A stretch of DNA of 19,493 bases, from positions 1 to 19,493 of the forward strand of contig JBHIAT010000058.1 in NCBI GenBank assembly GCA_046758705.1. The letters are read 5' to 3'. This document shows, piece by piece, positions 1 to 7,301 of this stretch. This DNA comes from Candidatus Bipolaricaulia bacterium. Lineage in GTDB: Bacteria; Bipolaricaulota; Bipolaricaulia; JBHIAT01. The translations under genes were made by a program, and so were the position numbers. Each line of letters starts with the position of its first letter. The first letter of the stretch is position 1. The notes under the pieces were generated by a model. That model was given only the letters and a program-made list of their open reading frames with translations, was not told the DNA's origin and did no database searches.

Positions 1-2535
1 CTTGCCGCTGTCACACGGGCAGGGGTCGTTCCTGCCGGGCTCATCCGGCACGCGAACCGGTTGCTGTTTGACCTGTCGCTTGGCCTCGGTCTGGGTCTCC
101 GCCATGACATCGACCGTGCCGTGTTGGTACTGGAGCTCCTGATCGAGGTCCCGGTCTTGGGCGTAGTCCGCCTGCGTCCCGATCTTCAGCCTCGGCTTGA
201 TGAGGTAGTTAACGATCTCTTCGCCGATCCGAGAGAGCATCTCCTGGAACAGGTTGAACGACTCCCGCTTGAACTCGACCAGCGGGTCGGTCCCGCCGTA
301 GGCCCGCCAGCCGATCCCCTCTTGCAGATCGTCGAGCGCGTACAGGTGTAGGCGCCAGTTCTCGTCGATGATCCTCAGGATCATCCAACGAGCCACCGGT
401 TCGAAGGCATCACCGAGGCGTTCCACCTGCCGGTGCCGGTTTTCTTCGAGAAAGTCGAAGAGTGCTTCCACAGCACTCTGGTAGTCGAGCTCGAGCAACT
501 GATCGACCTCAAACCGCCCGTTTTGGAACTTGGTCAGCTCAGTCCTCAAGCCCTCTAGGTCCCACTCCTCGGGGTAACGCTCCTCGGCGCCATAGATTCC
601 CATGAGGGTCTCGGCATAGCTCTCCAGGATGCCGTTCAGGTAATTTTCCAGATCGGCCTCCCCGGAGATGAACTGGTCGCGCAGGCCGTAGATCGCCTCT
701 CGCTGCTTGGCCATCACCTCGTCGAACTGGAGCAACTGTTTTCGGATCTGGAAGTTGCGGTCTTCGACCTTCTTTTGCGCGCGGCGGACGGCTCGGGTGA
801 GCAGATCGTGTTCGATCCGATCCCCCTCCTTCATCCCGAGCCGATCCATCACCCCCGCGATCCGATCGCCGCCGAACAGCCGGATGAGGTCGTCCTGGAG
901 CGAGACGAAGAACTGTGAGGAGCCGGGATCACCCTGCCGTCCCGCCCGGCCATGGAGCTGGTTATCGATGCGCCGACTCTCATGACGCTGGGCGCCGATG
1001 ACGTGTAGTCCGCCGAGCTCGGCGATCCTCTCGCCGAGTTGAATATCGGTGCCACGGCCGGCCATGTTGGTGGCGATGGTGATCGCGCCCCCCTGGCCCG
1101 CGTCTTTGATGATCTCGGCCTCCTGCTCGTGGTATTTAGCGTTCAGTACGTTATGTTTCAATCCCTGCTCGTCGAGCATTTGGCTCAGTCGCTCTGAATC
1201 TTCCACCGAGGTCGTCCCGACGAGCACCGGTCGGCCTACTCGGTGCAGCGCTTCGATCTCGCCGACGATCGCCTGATATTTGCCCGCCTCGGTTCGGAAG
1301 ATCACATCCGGAAAGCTGTCTCGGATCAACGGCCTGTTAGTCGGGATGACGACGACACCCAATCCGTAGATCTCCTTGAACTCCTCCTCCTCGGTCGCCG
1401 CCGTGCCGGTCATCCCCGCGATCCCGTCGTAGAGTTTGAAGTAATGCTGCAGAGTGATCTGAGCCAGGGTCTGGGATTCGCGGCGGATTTGCATCCCCTC
1501 CTTGGCCTCCAGCGCTTGGTGGAGCCCGTCGCTGTAGCGACGATCCTCCATCAACCGGCCGGTGAACTCGTCAATGATCACCACCCGGCCGTCCTTCACC
1601 AGATAGTCCCGATCTTTGTGGAACAGCCACTTGGCCCGGAGTGCGACATCGAAGTGGTGAAGCAACTCGACGTGCTCCGGCGCGTACAGGTTATCGACTC
1701 GCAACATCCCTTCGGCCTTCGCCACCCCGGCCTCGGTCAGTTGGACCCGTCGCGCCTTCTCGTCGATCTCGAAGTCGAGGTCTTTTTTGAACCGGTGAGC
1801 GAGGCTTGCAAACTGCTTGTACCGCTTCGCCGATTCACTCGTCGACCCGGAGATGATCAGCGGCGTCCTCGCCTCGTCGATGAGGATGTTATCGATCTCA
1901 TCGATGATCGCGTAATCGAGACTCGTCTGGACCTTCCCTTCAGAGAGGGTCGCCATGTTGTCACGCAGATAATCGAAACCGAACTGGTTGTTCGTCCCGT
2001 AGACGATATCCGCTTGGTAGGCGTCACGGCGCGCCTCGGGCCCTATCCCCTCCTGGAGCAGACCGACCTTAAGACCCAGGCTCTCGTAGATCGGCCCCAT
2101 CCAATCGCGGTCACGTCGGGCGAGGTAGTCGTTGACGGTGACGACATGGACGTTACCGACGAGCGCGTTCAGGTAAGCAGGCAGGGTGGCAACCAGCGTC
2201 TTCCCCTCGCCGGTGGCCATCTCCGCGATTCCCCCCTGGTGCAGGACGACCGCCCCGAGGATCTGAACATCGAACGGACGCATCTTCACCTGGCGTCGCG
2301 CGACTTCTCGGACGATGGCGAACGCCTCGGGCAGAAGCTCATCGGGGGTCTCCCCCTCGACCAGGCGCTCGCGAAACTCATCCGTCTTGGCGCGCAACGC
2401 GTCATCCGCCAGCGACTGGACCTGATCCTCTAAAGCGTTCACCTGCTCCAGATACGGTCTCAGTCGCTTCAGCTTCTGCTTGTTCGTCTGGCCGAACAGG
2501 CGATCGACCGCCCGTTTGAACCGATCAACGACCAT
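1..2535 (-). CDS. secA: Preprotein translocase subunit SecA (3' end truncated by window edge)
   Basis: Absent from the ORF track because it is open at the edge. Manual translation from ATG 2535 (SD GGGAGG 2545-2550) gives MVVDRFKRAVDRLFG..., MRPFDVQILG, AEMATGEGKT (Walker A), VVTVNDYLA, GFDYLRDNM, IIDEIDNILIDEARTPLIISG, ATNMAGRGTDI and a terminal SEC-C start GRNDPCPCDSGK at base 1. Confidence 0.98.
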   Translation of the reverse strand, partial: MVVDRFKRAVDRLFGQTNKQKLKRLRPYLEQVNALEDQVQSLADDALRAKTDEFRERLVEGETPDELLPEAFAIVREVARRQVKMRPFDVQILGAVVLHQGGIAEMATGEGKTLVATLPAYLNALVGNVHVVTVNDYLARRDRDWMGPIYESLGLKVGLLQEGIGPEARRDAYQADIVYGTNNQFGFDYLRDNMATLSEGKVQTSLDYAIIDEIDNILIDEARTPLIISGSTSESAKRYKQFASLAHRFKKDLDFEIDEKARRVQLTEAGVAKAEGMLRVDNLYAPEHVELLHHFDVALRAKWLFHKDRDYLVKDGRVVIIDEFTGRLMEDRRYSDGLHQALEAKEGMQIRRESQTLAQITLQHYFKLYDGIAGMTGTAATEEEEFKEIYGLGVVVIPTNRPLIRDSFPDVIFRTEAGKYQAIVGEIEALHRVGRPVLVGTTSVEDSERLSQMLDEQGLKHNVLNAKYHEQEAEIIKDAGQGGAITIATNMAGRGTDIQLGERIAELGGLHVIGAQRHESRRIDNQLHGRAGRQGDPGSSQFFVSLQDDLIRLFGGDRIAGVMDRLGMKEGDRIEHDLLTRAVRRAQKKVEDRNFQIRKQLLQFDEVMAKQREAIYGLRDQFISGEADLENYLNGILESYAETLMGIYGAEERYPEEWDLEGLRTELTKFQNGRFEVDQLLELDYQSAVEALFDFLEENRHRQVERLGDAFEPVARWMILRIIDENWRLHLYALDDLQEGIGWRAYGGTDPLVEFKRESFNLFQEMLSRIGEEIVNYLIKPRLKIGTQADYAQDRDLDQELQYQHGTVDVMAETQTEAKRQVKQQPVRVPDEPGRNDPCPCDSGK

Positions 2536-2561
2536 CAAGAAACGCCTCCCGATGCAGTTTT

Positions 2562-2591
2562 ATTATAATACAAGCAGGCAATACCTCTCAA
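2562..2591 (-). promoter_or_regulatory. Putative sigma70-type promoter for secA
   Basis: Minus strand TTGAGA (2586-2591), 18 nt spacer, TATAAT (2562-2567), just upstream of the secA SD. Confidence 0.6.
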
Positions 2592-2654
2592 CAGAGGAAG
2601 ACAACTTGAAAGTGAAGGTGCAGTGTGAAGGCGTGATCCGTCCCGTTCCCGGGC

Positions 2655-4970
2655 TCAGTCCTGCTCTTCGATCACCTTGAGAAAGACGTCCACGACCTGG
2701 GCATCGAACTGCAACCCGGCGTTCTTCCTCAGATCCTCGATGGCGATCTTGCGCGGCAGGGCCTCCCGGTAGGGCCGGGTGGAGGTCATCGCATCGTAGG
2801 CGTCGACAACGGCGATGATCCGCGCCTCTAAAGAGATCTCCTCCTCGGCCAAGCCCCGAGGGTAGCCGGTGCCGTCCCAGCGCTCCTGATGCTCCTCAAC
2901 GATGCGGGCCACCCGTCTCAACCGGTTGATTCCGCCGATGATCTCCCGACCGGTAGTCGGATGCCGTTTGACCTCCTGCCATTCCTCGTCGGTGAGTTCT
3001 CCTTCCTTACCCAGGATCGTATCAGAGACGCCGATCTTGCCAACGTCGTGGAGCAAGGCGGCATAGCGCAGCTGCTCGAGGCGCCCTTCGGGCAGCTCGA
3101 ACGCCACACCCACCTTGGTAGCCATCTCCGCCAGCCGACGGCAGTGGTCGTCGGTGTACTGATCCTTCTTCTCGATCGTCTTGGCAAGCGTCGTCACCGT
3201 TTGGATGATCAGGTCCTCCAGCTCGAGCCGGCGGCGGATGTTGATGATCGCCACCGCAATCTGGCCTGCGACCGTGGTCATCAGCTCCAGATCCTTCTTG
3301 GTAAACGCGTTCGGTTCCAGGCTCTCCACCTCCAGAACGCCGAGCAGCTCGTCGTTGATCTCAATGGGAACGGTCAGCTCCGAGCGGATCCCGACAAACC
3401 CTTCCACGTAGCGTGGGTCGTTCGTGACGTCGTTGACCAACACCGGCTCCCCGTGCTCAGCCACCCAGCCGGTGATGCCCTCGACCCCGATCTTGATCCG
3501 ATCACCGACCTGATAGCCGGAGATCTGCCCTTTCTCCAGGCCCTCGATGCTCTTGATCGTCAGGTAGTCACCATCCCGGAGCAGGATGGCGCCATAGTCG
3601 TAGACCAGCTCCCCCTTCAATCGCTGTAACACCTGATTGAACAGCGTTTCGGTGTCGCGGATCCGCGACATCTCCTGGCCGATCAGGTACGAGCGACCCA
3701 GTCGCTTCCGCTGTTCGGTCAGCTCCTTGATCTCTTCGAACCGGCTGATGGCTTTGTCCAGGTGAGCAGTCGCCTGTTTGGCGGTCTCCAGGTCGCGCGT
3801 GTCGAACGCACGCTTCCGGGAGCGGTTATCGATGTTCAAGTATCCGATCGTCCGTCCGTTGCTCTTGATAGGAAGGGAGAGGGACGACTTGGGCAACCCC
3901 ACCTGATCGAAGAGTGTAGCCAGCTCTTCCTGTTTGAAGGTTGCCTCAACGTCGTCGATGACCGCCGGCCCCCCCCCAAACTGGATCTCTTGGTAGGCCG
4001 CATCTCGCGGGATGCGGATCCGTTTCAACTGCTGCAAGTTCCAGCCAACCGCCGACTTGAACTCGAAGAACGACCCCTCGGGGCCCAGCATCATGACCGA
4101 TCCAGCCTCGGCATTGCGGATCACGTCGATGGTCTCCCGGAGGATCATGCTCAGGATCTCCTTCAGATCCATATCGCGGGTGATGGCGGTGATAAAGTTG
4201 CGCAGGTATTCGAGCTCCTGTTCCAACCGCTCCAGGTACTCGCGCTCGTCCTCCCCCTTGACGATCTTCTCCCCCACCTGGAGGAGGCGCCGGATCACGA
4301 CTTGCTGGACTTCTGAGACCTTGTCGACCGCCCGGGCGATCCGCACCCGATCCTCGATGGGGAGTTTGAACGTCTCCAACTCCTTGCCCCGGATCCTGCT
4401 GACGTCGATCGATAACTTCGGAACGCCCTCCGCCACCGGGCCTGCGAGCGGCAGGTAACACATCCGTACCTTGAGGATCTCCAGAATGCCGGGCTCCTCG
4501 ATGTTCAGCTCATCGGAGAGCTGCTGGACGGTGGGGAATTCGCCGTGCTCCTGAGACAGTGCCTCGATCGCCGACCTCACCCGCTTGTCCAACCCCTGGA
4601 CCCATCCCGGGAGGCCGACCAAACCTTGGATCGTCTGACTGATGGGTATCTCAAGCAGCCGATCCCGGTTTCGTTCCTCTTGGATTATCTCGCTTTCGAT
4701 CAGTCGAGTGGCATAGCTCCGGAAGTCGGCCTCCCCGGCGGGATCGTAGTGATAGAGAGCGTTCAACAGCCCCACGTAACCGACCTGCATCAGGTTCTCA
4801 AAGGATGTGCCACCATCCTCCGAAAAGCGTCTAACGATCTCCTCGATCAACCCGAGATGCTGGACGATGAGGGCCCTCTCTACTTCGGGGTCAGGGTGTG
4901 GGCTCTCCGCAAGGCGTCGGAGCAGTTGTTGATTGGCGTGTTCCTGGTCCTGGAGTTCAGTTCCCTCCAT
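2655..4970 (-). CDS. Sigma70 (SigB/SigF-like) region 2-3 domain fused to GAF-GAF-HD-GYP phosphodiesterase
   Basis: aa ~34-100 LIVQHLGLIEEIVRRF...ENLMQVGYVGLLNALYHYDP...FRSYATRLIESEI resembles sigma region 2. aa ~145-166 PTVQQLSDELNIEEPGILEIL resembles region 3. Two GAF domains follow (aa ~265-410 SLSLPIKSNGRTIGYLNIDNRSRKRAF; aa ~435-580 GITGWVAEHGEPVLVNDVTNDPRY...SELTVPI). HD-GYP at aa ~590-771 (YTDDHC, ALLHDVGK, HQERWDGTGYPRGL, VVDAYDAMTSTRPYR). Confidence 0.85.
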   Translation of the reverse strand: MEGTELQDQEHANQQLLRRLAESPHPDPEVERALIVQHLGLIEEIVRRFSEDGGTSFENLMQVGYVGLLNALYHYDPAGEADFRSYATRLIESEIIQEERNRDRLLEIPISQTIQGLVGLPGWVQGLDKRVRSAIEALSQEHGEFPTVQQLSDELNIEEPGILEILKVRMCYLPLAGPVAEGVPKLSIDVSRIRGKELETFKLPIEDRVRIARAVDKVSEVQQVVIRRLLQVGEKIVKGEDEREYLERLEQELEYLRNFITAITRDMDLKEILSMILRETIDVIRNAEAGSVMMLGPEGSFFEFKSAVGWNLQQLKRIRIPRDAAYQEIQFGGGPAVIDDVEATFKQEELATLFDQVGLPKSSLSLPIKSNGRTIGYLNIDNRSRKRAFDTRDLETAKQATAHLDKAISRFEEIKELTEQRKRLGRSYLIGQEMSRIRDTETLFNQVLQRLKGELVYDYGAILLRDGDYLTIKSIEGLEKGQISGYQVGDRIKIGVEGITGWVAEHGEPVLVNDVTNDPRYVEGFVGIRSELTVPIEINDELLGVLEVESLEPNAFTKKDLELMTTVAGQIAVAIINIRRRLELEDLIIQTVTTLAKTIEKKDQYTDDHCRRLAEMATKVGVAFELPEGRLEQLRYAALLHDVGKIGVSDTILGKEGELTDEEWQEVKRHPTTGREIIGGINRLRRVARIVEEHQERWDGTGYPRGLAEEEISLEARIIAVVDAYDAMTSTRPYREALPRKIAIEDLRKNAGLQFDAQVVDVFLKVIEEQD

Positions 4971-5018
4971 AAAATTGCCTTCCTATGGATTGAAAACCGA
5001 TGCAGCAGAGCTACCATG

Positions 5019-5047
5019 ATTATACCCAAAGTCGTGGTGCTCCTGAA
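5019..5047 (-). promoter_or_regulatory. Putative promoter for the sigma-GAF-HD-GYP gene
   Basis: Perfect -10 TATAAT on the minus strand (5019-5024). The -35 at 17 nt spacing is weak (TTCAGG, 5042-5047). Confidence 0.4.
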
Positions 5048-5077
5048 CTGAAAACCTGCCCTTGATCGTTCTCAACC

Positions 5078-5106
5078 TTTACAGTCCGTCCCCAAGCAGA
5101 TACAAT
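5078..5106 (+). promoter_or_regulatory. Putative sigma70-type promoter for the YprB-like exonuclease
   Basis: TTTACA (5078-5083), 17 nt spacer, TACAAT (5101-5106), 13 nt before ATG 5120. Confidence 0.6.
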
Positions 5107-5119
5107 TGGGAGAGCTGCC

Positions 5120-6193
5120 ATGGAAGAGCTTGAGGGGAGTTTGAGCCGGATCGCTGAACAGTTGAGAGCACGAACCGAGGCGCGGACACTCCGCGACCTG
5201 GAGACAGATGACGCCCCGAGCCCGTTTGCATTAGGGCGGATCTCCTACAATCAGTTTCGCCAAGCGATGGAGATGAAGCAGTTGCTGATCGAGGAGTTTG
5301 TCGATCGGCCGCTGAATCAGGTGTTTGAAGGGGAGTCGATCACCAACGAATACGGCAGCTGCTTTCATCTGCATGAGTTCAGATCGGGCGGGCTCGCGAT
5401 CAACCGCCGCCAGGACCCCAGAGACGCATTGTTGGCCGAGTTCAAGCTGCTTTACGGCATCGGGCCGGTGGTAGAGCAGTCGCTCAAGACGGAGGGCTAC
5501 CGGACCCTCGAGGATCTGACCGAACATCCGAGGTGGGGGAATGAGGCCCGGGAGCTCCTACACCAGATTCGACGGGGTGACCTGAGATGGCTCCAGCGTC
5601 GCATCGGCCGTTGGCTGTCGCTCTCCCACCCGCTGTCGTTGAAGCTCGCCGAAATGCTCCACTCAGACGATCTGTGCTTCTTCGACCTGGAGAGCATGGG
5701 GTTGTTCCAGCGGCCGATCATTCTGTTAGGGCTCGCCCAACCCCACGAATCGGGGTTCGAGATCCACCAGTATCTGGCCCGGAACATCACCGAGGAGTTG
5801 AGCGCATTGGTCGCGTTGACCGAGCATCTCAACCGGGCAGAGGCGTTGGTGAGTTATAACGGCCGGGCGTTCGACGTCCATTACGTCGAGGAGCGGCTCG
5901 CTTACTACGGGATTTACGACGCTCAGCGGATCTCCCGGCTCCCCCACTTCGACTTGCTCCACCACGCAAGGCGGACGTGGGACAGGCTGCCGAACTTCCG
6001 ATTGGAGACGGTGGAGTCGATCCTGCTCGGCGTGGAACGGACGATCGACCTGCCGAGCGCGCTCATCCCCGACTTTTACAACACCTACCTCGAGGAGCGG
6101 AACATCGGGCCGCTCATCCCGATCATCGAGCACAACCGACACGACCTCATCAGCCTCGCCGCCCTGTTCTCCCGACTCTGTGCTGAGTATTGA
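5120..6193 (+). CDS. YprB/MrfB-like RNase H-fold (DEDD) 3'-5' exonuclease with helix-hairpin-helix motif
   Basis: ExoI FFDLESMGL, ExoII LVSYNGRAFD, HFDLLHHARR, ExoIII IIEHNRHDLISL; HhH-like LLYGIGPVVEQSLKTEGYRTLEDL. Confidence 0.85.
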   Translation: MEELEGSLSRIAEQLRARTEARTLRDLETDDAPSPFALGRISYNQFRQAMEMKQLLIEEFVDRPLNQVFEGESITNEYGSCFHLHEFRSGGLAINRRQDPRDALLAEFKLLYGIGPVVEQSLKTEGYRTLEDLTEHPRWGNEARELLHQIRRGDLRWLQRRIGRWLSLSHPLSLKLAEMLHSDDLCFFDLESMGLFQRPIILLGLAQPHESGFEIHQYLARNITEELSALVALTEHLNRAEALVSYNGRAFDVHYVEERLAYYGIYDAQRISRLPHFDLLHHARRTWDRLPNFRLETVESILLGVERTIDLPSALIPDFYNTYLEERNIGPLIPIIEHNRHDLISLAALFSRLCAEY

Positions 6194-6640
6194 TCATGCT
6201 TCTTCTGCTTCTTCAAGTTGCTCCAGGATCTCTTTTGTTCGTTTTACCCGAATTTTCTCAGATAACTTGATCTGGTGATTCTCTAAGAAATCCTTATCTC
6301 CTGTCACCAGGATATCGATATCTCCCAGCATGGCCGCCGCCAAAATCGGGGTATCCTCCTCGTTGATCATCTCTTTCGCTTCGTCGAGATGTTTTTGATA
6401 CGCATCTTTTCCTTTGATCTCGATGCGGCCGGTGCTTAAGATCGTTAACAGCAGATCGAGTGCTTCTTCTCTCTGTCTCTCACTATATTTCTCCGAGATA
6501 TTCCGTTTCAGTTCCTCAAAGCTCATATCGGTGACCGCAAAATCCACCTCACCTGTCCCTGCCTTCTTCAGCAGATTCCGCTCGTTCCCCTCAAAGCCAA
6601 GCCCTGAGAAGAGCGTGTTAGTATCGAGCAGGATCTTCAT
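6194..6640 (-). CDS. PIN-domain (VapC-like) toxin, putative RNase
   Basis: N-terminal KILLDTNTLFSG, internal acidic residues (SFEELKRNI, EEDTPILAAA) and LVTGDKDFL. ATGA overlap with the upstream antitoxin gene. Confidence 0.9.
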   Translation of the reverse strand: MKILLDTNTLFSGLGFEGNERNLLKKAGTGEVDFAVTDMSFEELKRNISEKYSERQREEALDLLLTILSTGRIEIKGKDAYQKHLDEAKEMINEEDTPILAAAMLGDIDILVTGDKDFLENHQIKLSEKIRVKRTKEILEQLEEAEEA

Positions 6641-6894
6641 CGTTCTTGACCGAACATCTCCTGGTAAACTGTCTTCTTGCGGATTCGTTTCAACGCTTTA
6701 AAGGCTTCCTCTTTGTCGATACCCTCCTGTTCGGTGATCTCAGCGAACCGTTCCAGGGCCTCGAAGAACTCGGCTTTGCGAACGTAATCCCGAATTGCCT
6801 CCGAGCGGCTGGGATATTTACCCGCCTTCACCTGGGCATCGATCTTCTTTAATTGTTCCTGGGTGAGCCTGATCTGCACCGTCTCCATCGCCAT
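6637..6894 (-). CDS. Ribbon-helix-helix (CopG/Arc/MetJ-type) antitoxin
   Basis: METVQIRLTQEQLKKIDAQVKAGKYPSRSEAIRDYVR is an RHH signature. Start re-called at ATG 6894 with SD GGAGGG at 6901-6906; lies directly upstream of the PIN gene. Confidence 0.85.
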   Translation of the reverse strand: MAMETVQIRLTQEQLKKIDAQVKAGKYPSRSEAIRDYVRKAEFFEALERFAEITEQEGIDKEEAFKALKRIRKKTVYQEMFGQER

Positions 6895-6906
6895 AGAGAT
6901 CCCTCC

Positions 6907-6932
6907 GATTGTAATTCTATCCAATTACAATC
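6907..6932. promoter_or_regulatory. Perfect inverted repeat, likely antitoxin operator
   Basis: GATTGTAATT-ctatcc-AATTACAATC (10-bp arms) between the -10 element and the SD of the TA operon, covering the predicted transcription start. Confidence 0.75.
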
Positions 6933-6934
6933 TC

Positions 6935-6963
6935 AGTATACCTGGAAGAGGGAAACGAGTCAA
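6935..6963 (-). promoter_or_regulatory. Sigma70-type promoter of the TA operon
   Basis: TTGACT (6958-6963), 17 nt spacer, TATACT (6935-6940) on the minus strand. Confidence 0.8.
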
Positions 6964-7157
6964 GAGTTAGCCATCTCAATTAATCGAGATTATGATCGTT
7001 TATAGAGCATATGAACATTTTTTCGCATTATTTTGCCTTTTATCTCCGTTTAACTGAACTGAATAAGCTTTTAAACGTTTTTCATATCCTAAATCATTAG
7101 GTGGTCTGGATCACCCTTAACTATAAAGATTAGACTTGGGGACTGGGATTGAATGAT

Positions 7158-7186
7158 TTGACAACGTCGAAAAGAGCGGGTACAAT
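7158..7186 (+). promoter_or_regulatory. Sigma70-type promoter of the SNF2 ATPase operon
   Basis: TTGACA (7158-7163), 17 nt spacer, TACAAT (7181-7186). Confidence 0.8.
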
Positions 7187-7301
7187 GAGCTTAAGTTGAA
7201 GGATAGAGATGGGTTTTTGAGATAACGGCAGACCCGATAGGAAGCTAAATAGCTTCACTTTTTGCAAACGCAGACTTGGACAAAGAAGGAATTTTTGAAA
7301 A

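Noticed and set aside
1243-2433. 396-aa + strand ORF (and 61-351)
   Set aside because: Antisense shadow of secA; no recognisable motifs; expected from codon bias in GC-rich genes.
2549-5005. Shared 9-mer CTGCATCGG (minus strand) downstream of the -10 of both secA and the sigma fusion gene
   Set aside because: Different spacing, only two copies, and short enough to arise by chance.
2889-5051. Several + strand ORFs opposite the sigma-HD-GYP gene
   Set aside because: Shadow ORFs; none resembles a missing sigma region 4.2 or an anti-sigma factor.
7195-7265. Fluoride or c-di-GMP riboswitch in the SNF2 leader
   Set aside because: Only a superficial GAGATGG resemblance; required pairings and conserved motifs are absent by eye.
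6194-7300. IS element or prophage remnant
   Set aside because: No transposase, integrase, terminal inverted repeats or target-site duplication found.
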